NCBI GenBank assembly: GCA_019057795.1
Contig: JAHLWS010000069.1
Coordinates: 1 to 64,000 of the forward strand
Reading direction: 5' to 3'
Source of the DNA: Promethearchaeota archaeon
Lineage (GTDB): Archaea; Asgardarchaeota; Lokiarchaeia; Sigyniarchaeales; SOKP01
DNA: 64,000 bases
How positions within the stretch are numbered: the stretch's first letter is position 1; each line of letters opens with the position of its first letter. Below are positions 59,881 through 64,000 of the stretch, piece by piece. The notes below the pieces were generated by a model, which did not search any database, was not told the origin of the DNA, and saw only the letters and a program-made list of their open reading frames with translations. Made by a program: the position numbers and the translations under genes.

Positions 59881-60660
59881 CTAATTAGAATTGTTTTCTT
59901 GAGCTATTAAAGCGGCACCAATAGCTCCCGTGAGTTGAGGAAATTCGGGTGTTTCGATGCCATATCCAAGTTCATCTTCTAAAAATTTTTTTACAGCAGG
60001 GTTTTTGGCGACTCCACCACAGAAAATAAGTTTAGGTCCTACTCCAATACGTTTTGCCATTCCGGCAACTCTTCTCGCAATTGATTTATGTATGCCGCTT
60101 GCGATCTCTTCTTTAGAAGCCCCTCTCGCGAATAAACTTATTACTTCGCTTTCTGCGAAAACTGTACATGTTGAACTTATTGAAGCCGATTTGTTAGATC
60201 GTAAAGCTAAATCTCCAAATTGATCAATAGGAACTTCCAACGCGTGAGCCATGACTTCCAAAAACCGGCCCGTTCCTGCTGCGCATTTGTCATTCATTTG
60301 AAAGTCAATAACATTTCCAGTTTTTGCAGACATTACAATTGCTTTACTATCTTGACCCCCAATATCTATTACGGAATTAGCATCTGGAAAGAAATATTGC
60401 ACCCCCCTAGCGTGAGCTGTAATTTCAGTCACTCGATCGTCTGCAAAGTCTACTGTATTTCTTCCGTAACCGGTGCTCATAATGTGTACATCTTCCTTCT
60501 TCAAACTGTGTTTATTTAATATTTCATTAAATAAATTATGACCAATTCTTTTGAAATCATATGTGGATCTTTCTGTTCGGTGATCAATTAACTTCCTATC
60601 GTTAATAAGCACTATCTTTGTTGCCAAAGAACCAATATCTATACCAATAAAATTCTTCAA
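59881..60660 (-). CDS. hgdC: 2-hydroxyacyl-CoA dehydratase activase (HgdC/FldI, ASKHA ATPase)
   Basis: GIDIGS, TGYGR, EITAH, DIGGQD, MNDKCAAGTGRF, STCTVFAESE, GGVA.N. Confidence 0.92.
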   Translation of the reverse strand: MKNFIGIDIGSLATKIVLINDRKLIDHRTERSTYDFKRIGHNLFNEILNKHSLKKEDVHIMSTGYGRNTVDFADDRVTEITAHARGVQYFFPDANSVIDIGGQDSKAIVMSAKTGNVIDFQMNDKCAAGTGRFLEVMAHALEVPIDQFGDLALRSNKSASISSTCTVFAESEVISLFARGASKEEIASGIHKSIARRVAGMAKRIGVGPKLIFCGGVAKNPAVKKFLEDELGYGIETPEFPQLTGAIGAALIAQENNSN

Positions 60661-60781
60661 TTTAAATCATTTAAAAATATAATTTTATATCTTAAAATTT
60701 TTTAAAAAATTTTAAATTTTCGATAAAACCAAATAATTACTTCCTTTATTCATTACAAATTTATTTTAGTTGAAGGCTAAA

Positions 60782-61651
60782 TTAAGTAGGAATTACTAAT
60801 TGTAGCAATAGAGAAACTAGTAATGTCGTAACACCCGCTGTAACTAAATGAATTGCGTACTTAGCATGTCCCCCGCCAGAGATTTTTCCTAAAAATATAC
60901 CTAAATAAATCAATATAGCTACCAAAACTCCATAAGAAACTAAAAAATGAAATATGGATAAAGTATCTCCAAAGAAAAACGGAATTAATGGAAGGATCGA
61001 TCCTAAAACAGGAGCGCCCCCGTCGACTAAAGACGCGACTATGGTGGCAAATTTTTCTGATCGTTCAATTATTGATTTATTATTTTTTCTTATTTTTTTC
61101 TTTGGTTTTCCCTTTAAAGAAAAAAATCTTTTGTTATTAGTATGATTTAAATTTATGGGAGTTACCATTGCTTTTTGAATCTCTTGTTCTTCTAAAATTT
61201 CTTTCTCATCATTACTTAAGCCTTTTTTCTCTCTATTATTCGGTTTTTCTTCCTTTTCTTCTTCAAAAATTACCATCTCTTTTTTTAGATCAATCATTTT
61301 TTTCTTTCTTTCGGCTTCTTCAGAGAGAAAGGCGCCCCATAAGCCACTAATACCAATTGCTAAAGCAGTGGAAAAACCAGTTATTATAATGATAGTTGAA
61401 CTTAAAGTTTGAGCTGTATTTAAAAGAAAATTTGGAAGAAATATGATGAAACTTCCGCTAACTATTCCCGCACAAGTTAAGGCTCCGTCAAAGGCGTTAT
61501 TAAAAAATTTACGGCGAACTATTATGCCTAAATTAGACAGTTCAGAATATTTACGCCATTTCTTGGTTAAATCTTTTAAACCCATTTTATTTAAAAAAAC
61601 CCCATTTTTCGCATTTTGTACATACAATAAATCTCTTATCTTTAATAACAC
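60782..61651 (-). CDS. VIT1/CCC1-family membrane protein (start probably downstream, at MGLKD)
   Basis: RRKFFNNAFDG, A.GISG..GA.LSEEAE, PLIPF. Confidence 0.75.
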   Translation of the reverse strand: MLLKIRDLLYVQNAKNGVFLNKMGLKDLTKKWRKYSELSNLGIIVRRKFFNNAFDGALTCAGIVSGSFIIFLPNFLLNTAQTLSSTIIIITGFSTALAIGISGLWGAFLSEEAERKKKMIDLKKEMVIFEEEKEEKPNNREKKGLSNDEKEILEEQEIQKAMVTPINLNHTNNKRFFSLKGKPKKKIRKNNKSIIERSEKFATIVASLVDGGAPVLGSILPLIPFFFGDTLSIFHFLVSYGVLVAILIYLGIFLGKISGGGHAKYAIHLVTAGVTTLLVSLLLQLVIPT

Positions 61652-61813
61652 ATACTTATATTTTAAATTTAAGGGGGAATCTATTATAATCTTTGTAATT
61701 ATTTGATGCTGTTAATCTTTTTGAATTAAATTTCAGTAAAAACTGATGATTTTTATTTATTTAATCATATAATATTCATAGAATATTAAAAATTATGGAA
61801 TTGAATACTAATT

Positions 61814-62455
61814 TTGACAAACAGAAAAATCAAAGAAGAAATAATTTCATTACTCATAGATCATGTTCGGATTATTTACTCTATTATTAGCGACATGGGC
61901 GTGTATTATACCACCTGGGCAGAAGACTTTGAGGCTAATAAGAAAAGTTTAGAAAAGAAAAAAAGTAAAATGCAATTATCAGAAGAAGAAGGTGACGAGC
62001 TAAAAATTCGCTTAATACAGAACTTTTCAGAGGCTGAAGCTTTCAATCTCGGAGATTATGTAGCATTAATGTTGAAGATGGATAATGTTATTAATTATCC
62101 CCTCGAATTTGTCGATATGTTAGCAAAAATTAACTTAACTGGTAAAAGTGCAAATAAGATTAAGAAGAAATATCATAAGTTAATAAACCAAATTATGGAA
62201 ATGGCTGGTATCTTGAAAATAGCTATAAAAAACTTAAGGGATAATCAGGATAATGTCTTTGATAACACAACTACAATTCATGAACTTGAATCTAAAATTG
62301 ACAGAACTTATAGGCAATTTCTTGAGTTTTTATATTCTAATGTTGAAGACATAAGAATTTTACTACGTATCAGGGATAGTATTGTGTTACTGGAGCAGTT
62401 GGCAGATCGTATCCACGATATTGCTGATTTAATGAGAGTTTTGCTGTATCAATAA
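61814..62455 (+). CDS. DUF47 / PhoU-like protein
   Basis: EEEGDELK, MDNV, HELE..ID, LEQLADR. Confidence 0.75.
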   Translation: MTNRKIKEEIISLLIDHVRIIYSIISDMGVYYTTWAEDFEANKKSLEKKKSKMQLSEEEGDELKIRLIQNFSEAEAFNLGDYVALMLKMDNVINYPLEFVDMLAKINLTGKSANKIKKKYHKLINQIMEMAGILKIAIKNLRDNQDNVFDNTTTIHELESKIDRTYRQFLEFLYSNVEDIRILLRIRDSIVLLEQLADRIHDIADLMRVLLYQ

Positions 62456-62653
62456 ATAATCTCATCCTATATTACATCAAATTCGTTCTTTTTTAAACCA
62501 AACATCATATTCTTTCTTAAAATCGAAACAACTCAATATTTTTTTAGCAAATTCCTTAAAACCATAAAAAATATGGAAAAATTTATACCTATTTTTACAT
62601 TATTCTATTTAAAATAACTTTAATTGAGTTAAAATATAAAACAAGTACAATTT

Positions 62654-63025
62654 GTGAATACTATGAACGGAAAAATGAAATTTTATTCATTGTTAGGATT
62701 TTTCCAATTAGTGCTTATATTAATTGTGTTTTTTAGTGTAGATGGAATTATCACTATGGTTGCAGCACAAACAGAGAGTTTTGATTACTATAATTCTCCA
62801 ACAGCGGCGATTTTAGCGATTTCAGCAGCAATCTCCCTTTCAGCAGCAGTATTAGGAAGTGCAATCGCTTTAAAAACAGTAGGTACAGCAGCAATATCAT
62901 CTTTATCCGAAAGAGAAGAAAGTTTTTTTAAAGCATTCTTAGTTGTTGCATTGTGTGAGGCTTTAGCCGTATATGGTTTAATTGTTGCCATCCTCCTCTG
63001 GACAAAAATCCCCACGCCAGGATAA
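62654..63025 (+). CDS. atpK: A/V-type ATP synthase proteolipid subunit K (c)
   Basis: LGSAIA...VG.AA...E....F.KA...VALCEALAVYGL with the conserved Glu; extra N-terminal hydrophobic segment. Confidence 0.88.
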   Translation: MNTMNGKMKFYSLLGFFQLVLILIVFFSVDGIITMVAAQTESFDYYNSPTAAILAISAAISLSAAVLGSAIALKTVGTAAISSLSEREESFFKAFLVVALCEALAVYGLIVAILLWTKIPTPG

Positions 63026-63065
63026 TCTTGATTTACATTTAAAATCGTTAAGAAGGTGTTTTTTT

Positions 63066-64000
63066 ACGAGTGAAATTATTCCGTCTTATGCTTATACATA
63101 TATTAAAATCGATTATTTAAAACTATTAATAATTGATGATGACACTTTACTAAAACTTAAAAGAATCTACGATATTGATGACTTCATGGAATCTATTAGA
63201 CCTTACTATCCTAATTTAGATTTCAAAGAAAATACTATTGAAGATATTGAAGTAGCTCTTAATAATAATTATATTAAGCTAATTGGTAAAATTTTACATT
63301 ATTCCCCCCAAAACATGAGAATATTCTTAAGAAATTATCTCATGAAATTTGAAATACAAAATCTCAAACAAATAATCATCAGTTTAATTTTAGGAATTAA
63401 TCTAGAAGAAAAAAGAAAATACATTAATTTTTTAGTTGAAGAATATTTAGATAACACGGAATTCATTGAAGAATTGCTTAAATTTACTTCTTTAGACGAA
63501 ATACAATTATTTCTTAAAAGAACTAAATACAATATAGCTATTAGAGAAGGGATTCTTTACTTTAAGAAAAATAAAGAAATTTTTATTCTGGAAGCTTTTT
63601 TAGATCAATTATATTATAAGCAACTTAATGCTCAACTGGAACGTTTAAATAAAAAAGAGAAAACAATGATATCGTTGTTTGTGAAATATAAAACTGAAAT
63701 TTATAATATAAATGTGATTTATAGGGGAATAAAAAATAAAATTGAAGGAAAATTATTATCTCAATTTCTTGTAAATAATTATTTATTCCTAAATGAAAGT
63801 AAATTAGAACAATTGTTAAATCTTGATAATGTTGATGAATTTATATCAATTATTAAAGAATATTTGAAGAATATTAAGGAAACAAAACCATTTTTTATCA
63901 AGCTAAAAATTAATCAAAAACACTTAATTAGGTCAATTGAACAATTTTATATAACTTATTATTTTAAGAAATTTAAGATTAAAATTGACGATATTGATTT
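63066..64000 (+). CDS. atpC: A/V-type ATP synthase subunit C (AC39 family), 3' truncated, apparent ACG start
   Basis: Frame reads (T)SEIIPSYAYTYIKI...YL.KFEIQNLK.I...T.Y...E.FLD..YY...EI.NI..IYRG. AAGGTG lies 7 nt before ACG 63066. Absent from the ORF track. Confidence 0.8.

Noticed and set aside
5991-63532. Many short ORFs antisense to or overlapping long genes (e.g. 5991, 12542, 21353, 24076, 30944, 53118, 58266, 63335)
   Set aside because: Shadow frames of well-supported genes with no independent motifs.
1-64000. CRISPR arrays, tRNA/rRNA genes, IS elements, integrases
   Set aside because: No regularly spaced repeats, GC-rich structural RNA blocks or transposase/recombinase motifs were recognised by eye; tRNAscan-SE/Infernal would be needed to be certain.

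Overview
AT-rich (roughly 30% GC by eye) archaeal chromosomal segment. The gene content (archaeal PurL/Q/S, archaeal GlmU, A-type ATPase K/C, MEDS-PAS kinase, CdrS-like RHH protein) fits an Asgard archaeon, probably Lokiarchaeia; this assignment is inference. In order: a 5'-truncated large wHTH/HNH protein; nadE; a radical SAM-TcmP-Type IIG R-M cluster; transporters and regulators; purine genes; an AGPS-like oxidase/Fe-S/FGGY kinase operon; an amino-sugar cluster (glmM, nagB, glmS, two glmU-like genes); a histidine kinase; a GH13 amylase; a 2-hydroxyacyl-CoA dehydratase locus interrupted by an ATP-grasp/racemase/B12-protein/opine dehydrogenase block; and the start of the A-ATPase operon. Best finding: nadE is interrupted by a 30-nt insert (3647-3676) carrying an in-frame UAG. 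The insert folds into a bulge-helix-bulge motif, and cutting at the standard tRNA-splicing-endonuclease positions restores the frame and the conserved motif YGD-SG-VD, so it is a candidate BHB intron in a protein-coding mRNA. Also notable: two apparent ACG start codons, one possible ATA start, and a gene-end remnant plus direct repeats around the racemase/opine block. No rRNA, tRNA, CRISPR array or transposase was recognised.
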